A stretch of 64,000 nt of DNA from Bacteroidota bacterium (GCA_029573495.1 JAKQEI010000094.1:46165-110164); one strand, 5' to 3'; counted from the stretch's first letter, positions 1 to 10,551 are shown. The notes: a model not told the origin generated them from the sequence alone. Numbers and translations: made by a program.

Positions 1-65
1 ATGCCGATGCCGTTGAGGTCGCCACAGGTGATGCCGATGCGGTGGGGGTTGCGTTGATCGCTCAT
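1..65 (-). CDS. pdxA: 4-hydroxythreonine-4-phosphate dehydrogenase PdxA, first ~21 codons only (gene runs off the left edge)
   Basis: Reverse-strand ATG at 63-65 translates to MSDQRNPHRIGITCGDLNGIG. This resembles the conserved IGI-GD-NGIG N-terminus of PdxA. Too short for the ORF track. Confidence 0.45.
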   Translation of the reverse strand, partial: MSDQRNPHRIGITCGDLNGIG

Positions 66-95
66 GGGATAAGGCGGGCGCGAGGTCTCGCGCGC

Positions 96-1532
96 CTAAC
101 GCGCTGCCGCGCGCTGCTTGATGAATTGGTAGAAGAGCCGCACGCCCACGCCGGTGCCGCCTTTCGGGCGGTAGCCGTCCTTCCGGCTGAGGAAGGCGGG
201 TCCGGCGATGTCCAGGTGGATGTACGGATGGGTGGTGAAGCGCGCCAGGAACTTTCCGGCGGTCTGTGCCCCGGCCAGGTCGCTGCCGAGGTTCTTGATG
301 TCGGCGATGTCGCTCTTGATCTCGTCGTCATACTCCTCCCAGAAGGGCAGCCGGGCCGTACGCTCGAAGACGGCATCCCCGGCGGCTTCCAACCGGCTGA
401 AGACAGCGTCGTCAGCTGTGCCCATCACGACCGTGCCATAGGTTCCAATGGCCCGCATGGCGGCTCCTGTGAGCGTGGCTATGCTCATCACCAGCTCGGG
501 CTTGTAGCGTTCGCCGTAGCTCAGGGCGTCGGCCAGGATCAGCCGGCCTTCGGCATCGGTGTTCATCACCTCCACCGTCAGGCCGCTGTGCATGCGGATG
601 ACATCGCCCGGGGCATAGGCATTGCCGCCGGGCCGGTTGTCAGTGGCGGGTACGAGGCCGATCACATGCACGGGCAGTTCCTGCTTGGCCACCAGCGCGA
701 TCGCACAAGCCACCGCGGCGGCACCGGCCATGTCGCACTTCATCTGGTCCATGCTGTTGGGCGTAGGCTTCAAGCTCAGACCGCCGGTGTCGTAGACCAC
801 GCCCTTGCCCACCAGCACGATCGGCTTCTTGTTCACCGTGTTCTTCGGCTTCCACTCCAGCACGCTGAAGGTGGGCGGGTCGAGGCTGCCCTTGTTCACG
901 GCCAGCAGTCCGCCCATGCCGAGGGCTTCGATCCGCGCCTTCTCCATCACTTCCACCTTGAAGCCGGAGCTCTTGGCCAATGTGCGGATCTCGGCACCAA
1001 GCTGCACCGCGTTGAGGAAGCTCACCGGTTCGTTCACCAGGTCACGTGCGGTGCACGTGGCATCCACGATGTCCTCCAGCTCTTCCACGGCCTTGGTGCT
1101 CACCTCCTTGGCCACGATGGATAGCTTCTCCACAGTGGGAGCACCTTTCTCGTCGTTCTTGTACTTGCGGAAGGCATAGTTACCCAGAGCAACGCCCTCG
1201 GCAAGTGCCAGGGTGAGGTCCGCGTCGTCCTGTGCGCTGATGAGCTGAGCCTCCGTTCGCCTCGCTGCATTGAGATGGGCCACCATCGCATCGCCCGCGC
1301 GGCGCGCTTTCTCCAGCTGTCGAGACCGGCCTGCTTCCTGGACCAGATGTACCAGGACAAGACGGCCGCTCACGTCGCAAACGGCCAACTGAGGGTCGGA
1401 ACCGAGCTGTTCGATCAGGTACTGCCGGTCGCCGCGTTCGAGGTCGAGTGCGCGCAGCTGGCCAACGTCGCTGAGGATCACGAGGGTATCCCGTGCCGCC
1501 GCGGGTCGTGTGCTCTTGGAAAGGGTGATCAT
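96..1532 (-). CDS. pepA: leucyl aminopeptidase, peptidase family M17
   Basis: 478-aa ORF with the M17 signature NTDAEGRL (VEVMNTDAEGRLILADAL) and the VGKGVVYDTGG block. Confidence 0.92.
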   Translation of the reverse strand: MITLSKSTRPAAARDTLVILSDVGQLRALDLERGDRQYLIEQLGSDPQLAVCDVSGRLVLVHLVQEAGRSRQLEKARRAGDAMVAHLNAARRTEAQLISAQDDADLTLALAEGVALGNYAFRKYKNDEKGAPTVEKLSIVAKEVSTKAVEELEDIVDATCTARDLVNEPVSFLNAVQLGAEIRTLAKSSGFKVEVMEKARIEALGMGGLLAVNKGSLDPPTFSVLEWKPKNTVNKKPIVLVGKGVVYDTGGLSLKPTPNSMDQMKCDMAGAAAVACAIALVAKQELPVHVIGLVPATDNRPGGNAYAPGDVIRMHSGLTVEVMNTDAEGRLILADALSYGERYKPELVMSIATLTGAAMRAIGTYGTVVMGTADDAVFSRLEAAGDAVFERTARLPFWEEYDDEIKSDIADIKNLGSDLAGAQTAGKFLARFTTHPYIHLDIAGPAFLSRKDGYRPKGGTGVGVRLFYQFIKQRAAAR

Positions 1533-1687
1533 CGCACTTCAGGAATGGGTGGGCCGAAGATAGCCGTCCACGGGTAGCTGTTCCGTTAGGTCTGATCAGC
1601 TCCCTGCGGGACGGGGAACGCACACAATGGTGCATCGAACGGAGGCGTTGAGCGGTGGTGGAATGCCGTACTTTGTACGGTCAACGG

Positions 1688-4303
1688 ATGCGCGTTCTTC
1701 GTACACTCCTCGTTCTGGTCGTTCTCAGCTCGGCGATGGTGGCCAATGCCACGCATAACCGGGCGGGGGAGATCATCGTGTGCCACCTCGGGGGCTTGCT
1801 CTACGAGATCAAGGTCATCACGCACACCAAGCTCAGCGCTCCGGCCGATCGACCCGAACTGGAGATCAACTTCGGCGACTCGCCGATATGGGACACCATC
1901 GCCCGGACCAACATCCAGGACTTCCCGGCACAGGACCTGAGGCGGAGCGAGTACCTGACCACCCACCTGTACGCCGGTCCTGGTGACTTCCAGATCATGA
2001 TCGATGACCAGAACCGCAACGGTGGGGTCATCAACGTGCCGAACTCGATCGCGCAGTCGTTCAGTGTGCAGACCTTGTTGCGCATCTCCCCGTTGACCGG
2101 GAGCAACTGCTCCCCGCGCTTCCTCAACTCGCCCATCCAGGACGCCTGCCTCAACCAGCCCTGGGTTCACAACCCCGCCGCTTATGATCCGGATGGAGAC
2201 AGTCTTTCCTTTGAAGTAACCGCCTGTCTCGGGCGCTTCGGCCTGCCCATTGCAGGTTACACGTTCCCGGGTCCCAACTACGGCATCGATCCGGTCACGG
2301 GGACCATCACCTGGAACGCACCCTCGCTGGCGGGGGAATACAACATCGCCTTCGTCGTGCATGAATGGCGTCTGGTGAACGGGGTCTGGCGCGAGCTTGG
2401 TTATGTGATACGCGACATGCAGATCACCGTGGTTCCCTGCAACAATCAACCACCGGTGATCAGTGCGCAGAACGATACCTGTGTGGTGGCCGGGACCTTG
2501 TTGAACTTCACCGTGCAGGCCTCAGACCCCAATTCCTCCCAGGCGGTCACTTTGGAAGCGCTCGGCCAGCCTTTCACCCTGGCCAGTTCCCCGGCCAGCT
2601 TCATCGAACCCTCCCCCGGGAACCCGGTGAACGGCATTTTCAACTGGAGCACCAACTGCTCCCATGTGCGGTCACAGCCATACATGCTCGTGTTCAACGC
2701 CACGGACAACTGGCAGCCGGTGCAACTGCAGGCCTATGAGACCATGATGGTGAAAGTGGTGGGACCGGCACCGGAGAACCCATCGGCCACGCCGGTGGGG
2801 AATACGATCGAACTGCAGTGGGATGCCAGTGTGTGCAGCAATGTGGTGAGCTATCGGATCTATCGGAGGAGTGGTTCCTATGGCTTCGTCCCGGATCATT
2901 GTGAACTGGGTGTTCCGGCCTACACCGGCTACACCCTGATCGGCACGAACACCGGTCTGGACAACACGAGCTACGTGGATGATGGCGGCCTGGTGATCGG
3001 GAACGAGTATTGTTACATGGTGGTCGCCGTCTTCCCGGATGGTGCGCAGAGCTATGCGAGTGTGGAGTTCTGCGCCCTGCTGGACCGGCAGGTGCCCGTG
3101 ATCACGAAGGTGAGCGTTGGGGTGACGGATGTGGCCGCGGGTGTCGACACCTTGGCGTGGAGCAATGCCTACGACCTCGACACGGTCGCACGTCCCGGCC
3201 CCTACCGCTTCAACCTGTACCGTGGTGCGGGTCTCACGAACGCTTCGGAACTGATCTGGACGAGTCCGGCGCACCCATTCCTGGCGCATCCGGACACGAA
3301 CCTCACCGTGACCGGTCTCGACACGGAGACCCAGGCCAATGTATATCGTGTGGAACTGATCGGTCGTGCGGACCAGGCCGTGCCGGACGTGATCGGCAGC
3401 AGCAGTCCGGCCTCGTCGGTCTTCATCAGTACCGAACCCGATGATGAACAGCTCACGATCTCGTGGAACTTGAACGTGCCTTGGACCAACAGCTCCTTCG
3501 AGGTTTTCCGTGACATCGGTGGTACCTGGACCGCTGTCGGCACCAGTACGACGACCAGCTTCGTGGACACCGGCCTGGTGAACGGGCAGGAGTACTGCTA
3601 TCTGGTCATCAGTACCGGGGCGTATAGTGATGCGTCCATCGTTTCGCCCCTGCTTAACTGGAGTCAGGAGGTCTGTGGCACCCCCGTGGACAGGACGCCG
3701 CCCTGTGCTCCCGCGGTGGTGATCGACAATGATTGCGAGCGACCGCTCAACACGCTGAGTTGGAACAACCCGAACGAGAGCTGTGCGGATGATACCGAGG
3801 GGTACCGCATCTATTTCACCGATAGCATCAGTGGCGCCTTCCAATTGATCGCCACGATCAGTGGTGCGGAGAACACCACCTATGAGCATGTGAACGGCAG
3901 TTCAGTGGCCGGCTGTTACCAGGTGACCGCCTTGGATACCATGGGGAATGAGAGCGCCTTCGTGGATGCCGTTTGCGGGGACAACTGTCCCGAGTACAGC
4001 CTGCCCAACATCTTCACGCCGAACGACGATGGGACGAACGACCTTTTTGGTCCTTTCCCTTACCGCGGTGTGGAGCGCATCGATCTGCAGGTGTTCAACC
4101 GATGGGGCAAGGTGGTCTTCTCGACGACCGAACCGGATATCGACTGGAAGGGGACCTACCTGGACACGAACGATCCGTTGCCGGATGGTGTGTATTACTA
4201 CCTCTGTCTGGTCACCTTCACCCGCCTCGCTGGTGAAGAGCTGGTCGAACTGAAGGGCTACGTGCACATCCAAGGCAGTGGTGTGCGAGGCAACGTCAAC
4301 TGA
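1688..4303 (+). CDS. large secreted adhesin-like protein with T9SS type B (CHU_C / gliding-motility) C-terminal sorting domain
   Basis: ORF 1655-4303. A signal peptide starts at the internal ATG 1688 (MRVLRTLLVLVVLSSAMVANA). The N-terminal THNRAGEI motif is typical of this family. The C-terminus reads YSLPNIFTPNDDGTNDLF...FNRWGKVVF...GVYYY...GYVHI. Confidence 0.85.
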   Translation: MRVLRTLLVLVVLSSAMVANATHNRAGEIIVCHLGGLLYEIKVITHTKLSAPADRPELEINFGDSPIWDTIARTNIQDFPAQDLRRSEYLTTHLYAGPGDFQIMIDDQNRNGGVINVPNSIAQSFSVQTLLRISPLTGSNCSPRFLNSPIQDACLNQPWVHNPAAYDPDGDSLSFEVTACLGRFGLPIAGYTFPGPNYGIDPVTGTITWNAPSLAGEYNIAFVVHEWRLVNGVWRELGYVIRDMQITVVPCNNQPPVISAQNDTCVVAGTLLNFTVQASDPNSSQAVTLEALGQPFTLASSPASFIEPSPGNPVNGIFNWSTNCSHVRSQPYMLVFNATDNWQPVQLQAYETMMVKVVGPAPENPSATPVGNTIELQWDASVCSNVVSYRIYRRSGSYGFVPDHCELGVPAYTGYTLIGTNTGLDNTSYVDDGGLVIGNEYCYMVVAVFPDGAQSYASVEFCALLDRQVPVITKVSVGVTDVAAGVDTLAWSNAYDLDTVARPGPYRFNLYRGAGLTNASELIWTSPAHPFLAHPDTNLTVTGLDTETQANVYRVELIGRADQAVPDVIGSSSPASSVFISTEPDDEQLTISWNLNVPWTNSSFEVFRDIGGTWTAVGTSTTTSFVDTGLVNGQEYCYLVISTGAYSDASIVSPLLNWSQEVCGTPVDRTPPCAPAVVIDNDCERPLNTLSWNNPNESCADDTEGYRIYFTDSISGAFQLIATISGAENTTYEHVNGSSVAGCYQVTALDTMGNESAFVDAVCGDNCPEYSLPNIFTPNDDGTNDLFGPFPYRGVERIDLQVFNRWGKVVFSTTEPDIDWKGTYLDTNDPLPDGVYYYLCLVTFTRLAGEELVELKGYVHIQGSGVRGNVN

Positions 4304-4884
4304 TGTTCACCGGGATCATTGAAGCATTAGGAAAGGTGGTGGCCGTGCGGGACGAGGGCTCGAACAGGATCTTCACCATCCGTGCCGCCATGACGCCCGA
4401 GTTGAAGGTGGACCAGAGCGTCGCTCATGAAGGGGTGTGCCTCACGGTGGTGGCCATCACCGAAGACCGCTATGAAGTGGCAGCCGTGAAGGAAACGCTC
4501 GATCGGACGAACCTGGGTGGCTGGGGGGACGGTTCCGTTGTGAACCTCGAACGCTGTCTCCGGCTCGGGGACCGGTTGGACGGACACATGGTGCAGGGCC
4601 ATGTGGATGGGACGGTGCGCTGCCTCGCAGTGAACGACCTGAACGGTTCGTGGACCTTCACCTTCGAACTGCCAGAGGAACGCGAATTGCTCGTGGAGAA
4701 GGGCAGTGTCTGTCTGAACGGCGTGAGCCTGACCATCGCTTCGTTGACCGACAAGGGATTCAGTGTGGCGATCATCCCCTACACCTTCGAGCACACCACG
4801 TTCCACCTGTTGAAGGCGGGTGATCGGGTGAACGTGGAGTTCGACGTGCTCGGGAAGTACGTCCGGCGCATGCTCGCGCGCTGA
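4303..4884 (+). CDS. ribE: riboflavin synthase (alpha chain)
   Basis: 193 aa with the MFTGIIEALGKV N-terminus and two lumazine-binding half-repeats (HEGVCLTV / GSVCLNGVSLT). Its ATG overlaps the upstream stop (ATGA). Confidence 0.92.
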   Translation: MFTGIIEALGKVVAVRDEGSNRIFTIRAAMTPELKVDQSVAHEGVCLTVVAITEDRYEVAAVKETLDRTNLGGWGDGSVVNLERCLRLGDRLDGHMVQGHVDGTVRCLAVNDLNGSWTFTFELPEERELLVEKGSVCLNGVSLTIASLTDKGFSVAIIPYTFEHTTFHLLKAGDRVNVEFDVLGKYVRRMLAR

Positions 4885-6834
4885 TCACCACTTCTGGAAG
4901 GGAATGCTCATCGTCCGCTCGGACACCCGCATACGGGCGACGTAGTGCCCACGGGCTAGGGACGGAACCCTCAGCGCAATGCGTTGGTCGTTGATGAGGA
5001 TGGATCCTCGTTGCTGGATCCGACCGGCCACATCGATGATGTCCAAATCCACCACGCCGGAATACCGCGTACCGAAGTAGATGGTGAGGTCCTCTTCGAC
5101 CGGCGATGGATAAAGCACGGGCTGTTCCATTGTGAAGGCCGCAGCGGGCACATGGAGCACCAGGTTCTGGCCACTCAGGATCCAAAGCCCGGGATCGAGC
5201 AGGACGCTGTCGGGTTCGAAGGAGGTATGCACCGTGAACTCCTGGCCGCTGAACGCATGCTCCAGCACCACCGTGGTGTCCTGTTCGCCGTTCGTGATCC
5301 TCACTGGTACCGGCATCGAGTAGAAGCTGACGCTGGGATGCGAAGTGGTCTGCTCCAGTCGGACCGTGAGCGTGTTGTTCCCGGTCAGTCCCCAGGCAAG
5401 GACATAGGTCGGATACCCCTCACCGTCGTACCAGTTGGCCATGAAAGTGGTCAGGTCCAGACCACTGGTGCCTTCGAGGTGTGCGATCAGGTCTTCCGTG
5501 TAGGCCGATGAATGGCGGATGGCGGGATCGTTGAGGTAATTCCTTATCCCATCGAAGAAGGCTTCATCGCCGCATACCCAGCGCAGCATATGGACGAGGT
5601 AGGCGCCCTTCGCGTAGGTCAACCGACTGCTGAAGAGCCGGCCTATCGTCAGGGTGTCCTGGACCCGCACGCTGCCATCCGGCTCAGCAATGATGAGATC
5701 GCGCCAGGCACGCCTGAAAGGCAGCCAGTACTGTGGCGCCAGGTGTTCATAGCACAGGCCGCTGAGGTAGGTGGCGAAGCCCTCGTTCAACCAGAGGTCC
5801 TCCCAGCTGGCACAGGTCACCATGTCGCCGAACCACTGATGTGCCAGTTCGTGCGCGATCAGCTCGTAGTTGAAGTTACCGACGAAGCTCATGGTCTGGT
5901 GCTCCATCCCACCTCCCCAACCGAATTGTGCATGCCCGTACTTCTCATCCGCAAAGGGATACTCGCCGAACAGCTGGCTGTACAACTGCATCTGTGCGAT
6001 CGCATCAGGACCGCCCGCCTGCGCATCCGCAAGGTTCTCAGGGAACACGTAGTTGAGCATCTCCACCGTGGTGCTCCCCAAGGGAACGGACAGGTTGAAG
6101 GCCGCGTAATCCGTTGCCGCGAAGGCGATCAGGTAATAGTTGATCGGATGGCGATGGCGCCAGTGGTGACGGACCGTCCCATCACCCAGGGTGGTCTCCG
6201 CCACGAGGGTTCCATTGCCCGCGACCCGTTGCCCCTCCGGGACCGTCACCAACAGGTCCAACGAGTCGGCCTTGTCGTTGAGGTCTTGTTTGCAAGGCCA
6301 CCAGTCCAGCGCGCCGTAAGGTTCGGACAAGGTCCAGATGATCGGAGTCCCCCCGTGGGTGGTCTGGACGAAGGAGCCGAAACCCGAGGTACCGGGTTCG
6401 CCACCGTAATGCACGGTGAGTGAATCAAGGGTATTCTCCGCGATCACTTCAGGGAGATGGATGATCAGGTGATCGTCCATGTGTTCGAAGGTGAGGGATT
6501 GTCCATGTTGTTCCACCCCGGAGACGGTCAGCGGATCGGCCAGGTCCAGGACGATGCTGTCCAATTCGACCAGCGCAAGGAAGTAATGGGTCACATGGCC
6601 TTCGATCACGCGCACAGCCGGGTCCACGGCAAGTTCCAGTCGGTGGTAGCGCATGTCGTAACCACGCGATGGTCCGGCGTTGATCGACTTGGGGATCCCG
6701 TGGTGGCCGATGGATTCACTCCGCGCGATCCCGTGCAGCTCGGCCTTCTCGAGCAAGGATTGGCCAACCAGCGGGGTGGCCGCACACGCGACGATCAACG
6801 GAAGCCAGCGGCGCATTCCATGAAGATACTCCAT
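4885..6834 (-). CDS. M1-family zinc aminopeptidase with T9SS type A C-terminal sorting domain
   Basis: GGMEHQ (GAMEN-like) plus HELAHQWFG...WLNEGFATY (HEXXH-18-E). N-terminal signal peptide. The last ~80 aa (VLYPSPVEEDLTIYF...GHYVARM...) look like a Por_Secre_tail. The start could be the internal MRRW. Confidence 0.88.
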   Translation of the reverse strand: MEYLHGMRRWLPLIVACAATPLVGQSLLEKAELHGIARSESIGHHGIPKSINAGPSRGYDMRYHRLELAVDPAVRVIEGHVTHYFLALVELDSIVLDLADPLTVSGVEQHGQSLTFEHMDDHLIIHLPEVIAENTLDSLTVHYGGEPGTSGFGSFVQTTHGGTPIIWTLSEPYGALDWWPCKQDLNDKADSLDLLVTVPEGQRVAGNGTLVAETTLGDGTVRHHWRHRHPINYYLIAFAATDYAAFNLSVPLGSTTVEMLNYVFPENLADAQAGGPDAIAQMQLYSQLFGEYPFADEKYGHAQFGWGGGMEHQTMSFVGNFNYELIAHELAHQWFGDMVTCASWEDLWLNEGFATYLSGLCYEHLAPQYWLPFRRAWRDLIIAEPDGSVRVQDTLTIGRLFSSRLTYAKGAYLVHMLRWVCGDEAFFDGIRNYLNDPAIRHSSAYTEDLIAHLEGTSGLDLTTFMANWYDGEGYPTYVLAWGLTGNNTLTVRLEQTTSHPSVSFYSMPVPVRITNGEQDTTVVLEHAFSGQEFTVHTSFEPDSVLLDPGLWILSGQNLVLHVPAAAFTMEQPVLYPSPVEEDLTIYFGTRYSGVVDLDIIDVAGRIQQRGSILINDQRIALRVPSLARGHYVARMRVSERTMSIPFQKW

Positions 6835-6855
6835 CGGAGTGCCGGTACGGGCGGT

Positions 6856-7809
6856 CTATCGGATCTTCTCGCAGATCGCCTGGACGGCCTCGCCCTTGCC
6901 CATGGTGTAGAAATGCACGCAGGGAACCTCCTTCGACATGAGCTCCCTGGCCTGCTCGATGCTCCATTCGACGCCGAGCTCCTTCACCTGTGCATCGGTC
7001 CTGCACTTGACCAGTTCAGCTGCGAGCGGCTGTGGGAGGTCGATGGAGAAGGTCTTTGGGATGAAGGCGATGTGCTTCATGGTGGTCAGGGGCTTCAACC
7101 CGGGGATGATCGGCACGTTGATCCCTTCGGCCCGGCAGAGCTCCACGAAGCGGAAATACTTGGCGTTGTCGTAGAACATCTGCGTGACCAGGTATTCCGC
7201 CCCCGCATCCACTTTCTGCTTTAGGTAGGCGATATCCACGGCCAGGTTGAGGGCTTCGGCATGCTTCTCCGGGTAGCAGGCCGCGCCGATGCACAGGTCG
7301 GTGGGTGCCGCCTCCTGCTCCTCATCATGCAGGTACTTGCCTTTGTTCAGCCCGGCGATCTGGCGGATGAGGTCCGTGGCGTGGGCATGGCCGTCGCGCT
7401 CGGGAATGAAGGCGGGCTCGCTCTTGATCGCGTCACCCCGCAGGGCCAGTACGTTGTCGATGCCGAGGAAGTTCAGTTCGATCAGCGCGTCCTCCGTGTC
7501 CTCTTTCGTGAAGCCGCCGCAGATCAGGTGGGGTACCGTATCGATGTTGTACTTCGCCTTGATCATGGCACAGATGCCCACGGTCCCAGGGCGCTTGCGG
7601 ATACGCACCTTCTGGAGCAGGCCCTGTCCGCGCTCCTTGTAGAGGACCTCCTCCCGGTGATAGGTCACGTTGATGAAGCTCGGTCTGAACTCGAGCAGGG
7701 GGTCGATCCCTTCGTAGATGGAGTTGATGTCCTTGCCCTTCAAAGGAGGCAGGATCTCGAAGGAGAGCAAGGGCTTCTTCGCCTTTCGCAGGTGTTCAAT
7801 GACCTTCAT
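6856..7809 (-). CDS. metF: 5,10-methylenetetrahydrofolate reductase
   Basis: 317 aa. MKVIEHLRKAKKPLLSFEILPPLKG N-terminus and overall MetF-like sequence. Confidence 0.9.
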   Translation of the reverse strand: MKVIEHLRKAKKPLLSFEILPPLKGKDINSIYEGIDPLLEFRPSFINVTYHREEVLYKERGQGLLQKVRIRKRPGTVGICAMIKAKYNIDTVPHLICGGFTKEDTEDALIELNFLGIDNVLALRGDAIKSEPAFIPERDGHAHATDLIRQIAGLNKGKYLHDEEQEAAPTDLCIGAACYPEKHAEALNLAVDIAYLKQKVDAGAEYLVTQMFYDNAKYFRFVELCRAEGINVPIIPGLKPLTTMKHIAFIPKTFSIDLPQPLAAELVKCRTDAQVKELGVEWSIEQARELMSKEVPCVHFYTMGKGEAVQAICEKIR

Positions 7810-7863
7810 CGGTGGCCGGTGTGGCGCGTTCCATGAGGAGCGGGACGCGAGGTGGCGAAAGTA

Positions 7864-7891
7864 GAAAGGCTTCGCCCAAGCGAAGCCTTTC
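7864..7891 (-). terminator. rho-independent-type hairpin downstream of the 7912-10452 gene
   Basis: Perfect 12-bp stem GAAAGGCTTCGC / GCGAAGCCTTTC with a CCAA loop. A short T-containing tail follows on the minus strand. Confidence 0.6.
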
Positions 7892-7911
7892 CATGTAAGG
7901 TCGGGTCGTGA

Positions 7912-10452
7912 TCAGCGCAGGATGGTCACATGCCCCGTGTACTCCTTGCCGTCGCGGATCGTGGTGAACACATAGTAATACGTGCCGTCCGGAAGGTCGT
8001 TCGCGCGCCAGCCATTGCGGTAGTTCTTGGCCTCGTAAACCTCCTGACCCCAGCGGTTGAACACCTGCAGGGTGTTCTCGTAGAACTGACCGTTCTCGAT
8101 CTCGAAGTACTCGTTGTTGCCGTCACCGTTAGGCGTGAACACGTTGGGGATGATGATGGCTTCAGGAAGGATCACGAACGTGGAGGAAATGGTGCTGGTG
8201 CAACCATCGGCCGTGGTCACGGTCAGGGTCACGGGATATTCCCCAGGATCCACGTACGTGATGCTCGGCGTTGGGCTCGTGCTCGTGGCACCGGCCAGAC
8301 CAAGGCTCCAGTCCCAGCTTACGATCGGGGAACCGTTCCCCTGGGAAAGGTCCGTGAAGTCGACGGTGGTGCCGATGCCTTGGGGCGATACCGGGTCGGT
8401 GCTGTAGGCGGCCTGCGGATCGCTTCCCACCACGACCACGAACTGTTGCGATACACCCGAACAACCAGCGGCATTGGTAACGGTCACCGAATAGGTGCCC
8501 GTACCCACCGAGATCGTCGGCGTGCTACTTCCGTTGGACCAGGTATAGCTCGAATAGGGCTCCAGGGTGCTCAGGACCGCCTGGGCACCACCACAACTGA
8601 ACCCAGGGCCGTCGATCACGGGTTGCGGGCTGGGTTGAGCGGTTACGGTGAAGGGTTCCGATTCAAGGGAGCAGTCACCATTCGCCACCGTCACCGTATA
8701 CGTACCCTCACCGCCGGTAATGTTCTGGCCGACGGACCCGTTGCTCCAGGTGTAGGAGCCGAATCCTGCCGGCGCGTTCAGGTAGGCGATCGAACCATCG
8801 CAGATCGTGTTGTTGCCGGTGATGTTGATCGGGCCGTTGATGCCGGGATTCACAACAATGGTCATGCTCGTATCCCAGGAACAACCGAAGTTGTCGATCA
8901 CCGTGAACACATAATCGAAGGTGCCCTCCTGGGTGGGAGTTGCTGTGGCCAGGAGCGGCTGCTGCGGGTTGCCCGTAACACCATTGCCCGTCCAATAGGC
9001 CGAATCCGGATCATTCACGCCCAATACAGGGGTGATGTCAACGATATCAGGATACAGACTCGGATCGAATGCCACGCTCCAGGCGCAGATGAAGCCATCG
9101 TCCGCCCCGAGGTGATCCACCGCAGTGAAGGTCCAGGTGCCGTTGAGCGGACAGCCGACCAGCTGATCCAAGGGTTGCTCACTGGTGTAATCGCCCGGGA
9201 TCAGCACATTGCCACCACCGGGGTTCACCGTGGCCGGTTGGGTGTTCGTGCCAGCGGATTCACTGAACGTTCCGTTCGGTGCATCCAGGGTCCAGCAATA
9301 GTCCAGGCAAGTCCCTGCGACCGGTGGCACTTCTTCCGTATCCAGCGCATCGCCAACGAACGTGCCACCCCCCGAGCCCGGACCAGCGTAGTCCACCATG
9401 AAGACGCTCTGGCCGTTCGGGCAGTACAGGATCAGGTCAAGGTCACCCATGTAGGAGTGCTCCATACTTACGCAGATGGATGCCAGTTGGTCCACGCTTT
9501 CCAACGTGGCGCCCGGAGCGAAGGCATTGAACGTGACCTCCGATGTGAACGGCTGGAGCAATTCATCAGGCAGGTACACCGGCCCGCCCAGATCCACCAC
9601 GGGAACACCGGACCAGGTGGTGGCTTCCACGCCCTCCCCACTGAGAGGTACCGATTCACCCAGGCAGATCTCCACGGTATCAAGCACCACCGCACTGAAG
9701 TCCGGCGCGGTGCCGACAAGCACCTGGAGGTCGATCGGGTTCGTGCTCTGACAGGCCTCTGTGGAGTTATCCGTGAGCACCAACCGGACCGTGTACGCAC
9801 CCGGGGCGGTGTACGCATGTGTGATCACGGCCCCGCTTGATACCTCCTCCGTTCCGTCGGCGAAGATCCACCGGTACTCCGCAATGCTCGTACCAGCGCT
9901 CGATGTGGAGGCGGAGGCATCGAAGGTGATCACCTCCTCCATGCATACCATCGCTGGCGAGTCCATCCCCATGGTGGCGGAAGCGATCGGTGGCTCGCAT
10001 GGTGTGAAACAGCTGATCAGGGCGCCGAAATTCCCGGTGCCGGACTCGTTGCTGGTGAAGACGAGCGTGAGGCAGCCCCCTCCGTTCACCGTGTTCTGAA
10101 CGTTGGCGAAGCTCGCGGATACGATGCTGGGAGGGTTCTCGCCGGTAAAGGTCGCTATGAGGGGAGGGTCGGGATTCACCCCATCCAGCAGCCCATCATA
10201 GATCTCCAGTTGATCACCACCAGCCACGTTGAACGCGACCCATTCCAGGGAAACAGCCGGCCCGCCAGAACCATCCGAGCAGATGTACATGGTGTAGTTC
10301 TCATCGTTGCCGTACCCAACGGCACTTTCGCCCCCGGAGTCCAGCAGGGTTCCGGAACAGGCGGCCACGAAGCCATCAGCGATGGTATAGAACTGGGCCT
10401 GTGCGGTTTGGATGGCAAATGCGGCGATGACCGCCATTGCAAGGGTCCTCAT
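7912..10452 (-). CDS. secreted multidomain protein: CUB-like N-terminus, proprotein-convertase P-domain-like module, PKD-like repeats, T9SS type B sorting domain
   Basis: ORF 7912-10539. The signal peptide begins at the internal ATG 10452 (MRTLAMAVIAAFAIQTAQAQ). SICVSMEHSYMGDLDLILYCPNGQSV is P-domain-like. The C-terminus reads IIPNVFTPNGDGNNEYFEI...FNRWGQEVY...GTYYYVF. Confidence 0.85.
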   Translation of the reverse strand: MRTLAMAVIAAFAIQTAQAQFYTIADGFVAACSGTLLDSGGESAVGYGNDENYTMYICSDGSGGPAVSLEWVAFNVAGGDQLEIYDGLLDGVNPDPPLIATFTGENPPSIVSASFANVQNTVNGGGCLTLVFTSNESGTGNFGALISCFTPCEPPIASATMGMDSPAMVCMEEVITFDASASTSSAGTSIAEYRWIFADGTEEVSSGAVITHAYTAPGAYTVRLVLTDNSTEACQSTNPIDLQVLVGTAPDFSAVVLDTVEICLGESVPLSGEGVEATTWSGVPVVDLGGPVYLPDELLQPFTSEVTFNAFAPGATLESVDQLASICVSMEHSYMGDLDLILYCPNGQSVFMVDYAGPGSGGGTFVGDALDTEEVPPVAGTCLDYCWTLDAPNGTFSESAGTNTQPATVNPGGGNVLIPGDYTSEQPLDQLVGCPLNGTWTFTAVDHLGADDGFICAWSVAFDPSLYPDIVDITPVLGVNDPDSAYWTGNGVTGNPQQPLLATATPTQEGTFDYVFTVIDNFGCSWDTSMTIVVNPGINGPINITGNNTICDGSIAYLNAPAGFGSYTWSNGSVGQNITGGEGTYTVTVANGDCSLESEPFTVTAQPSPQPVIDGPGFSCGGAQAVLSTLEPYSSYTWSNGSSTPTISVGTGTYSVTVTNAAGCSGVSQQFVVVVGSDPQAAYSTDPVSPQGIGTTVDFTDLSQGNGSPIVSWDWSLGLAGATSTSPTPSITYVDPGEYPVTLTVTTADGCTSTISSTFVILPEAIIIPNVFTPNGDGNNEYFEIENGQFYENTLQVFNRWGQEVYEAKNYRNGWRANDLPDGTYYYVFTTIRDGKEYTGHVTILR

Positions 10453-10551
10453 GGTCTTCAAAGGATGTTCTTGGAACCGGCGTTCGGCCGGTCTCCTGTT
10501 CTCGTTCCGAAGGGCGTCAAACATACGGTTATTAGGCATTTCCGGGATGCA

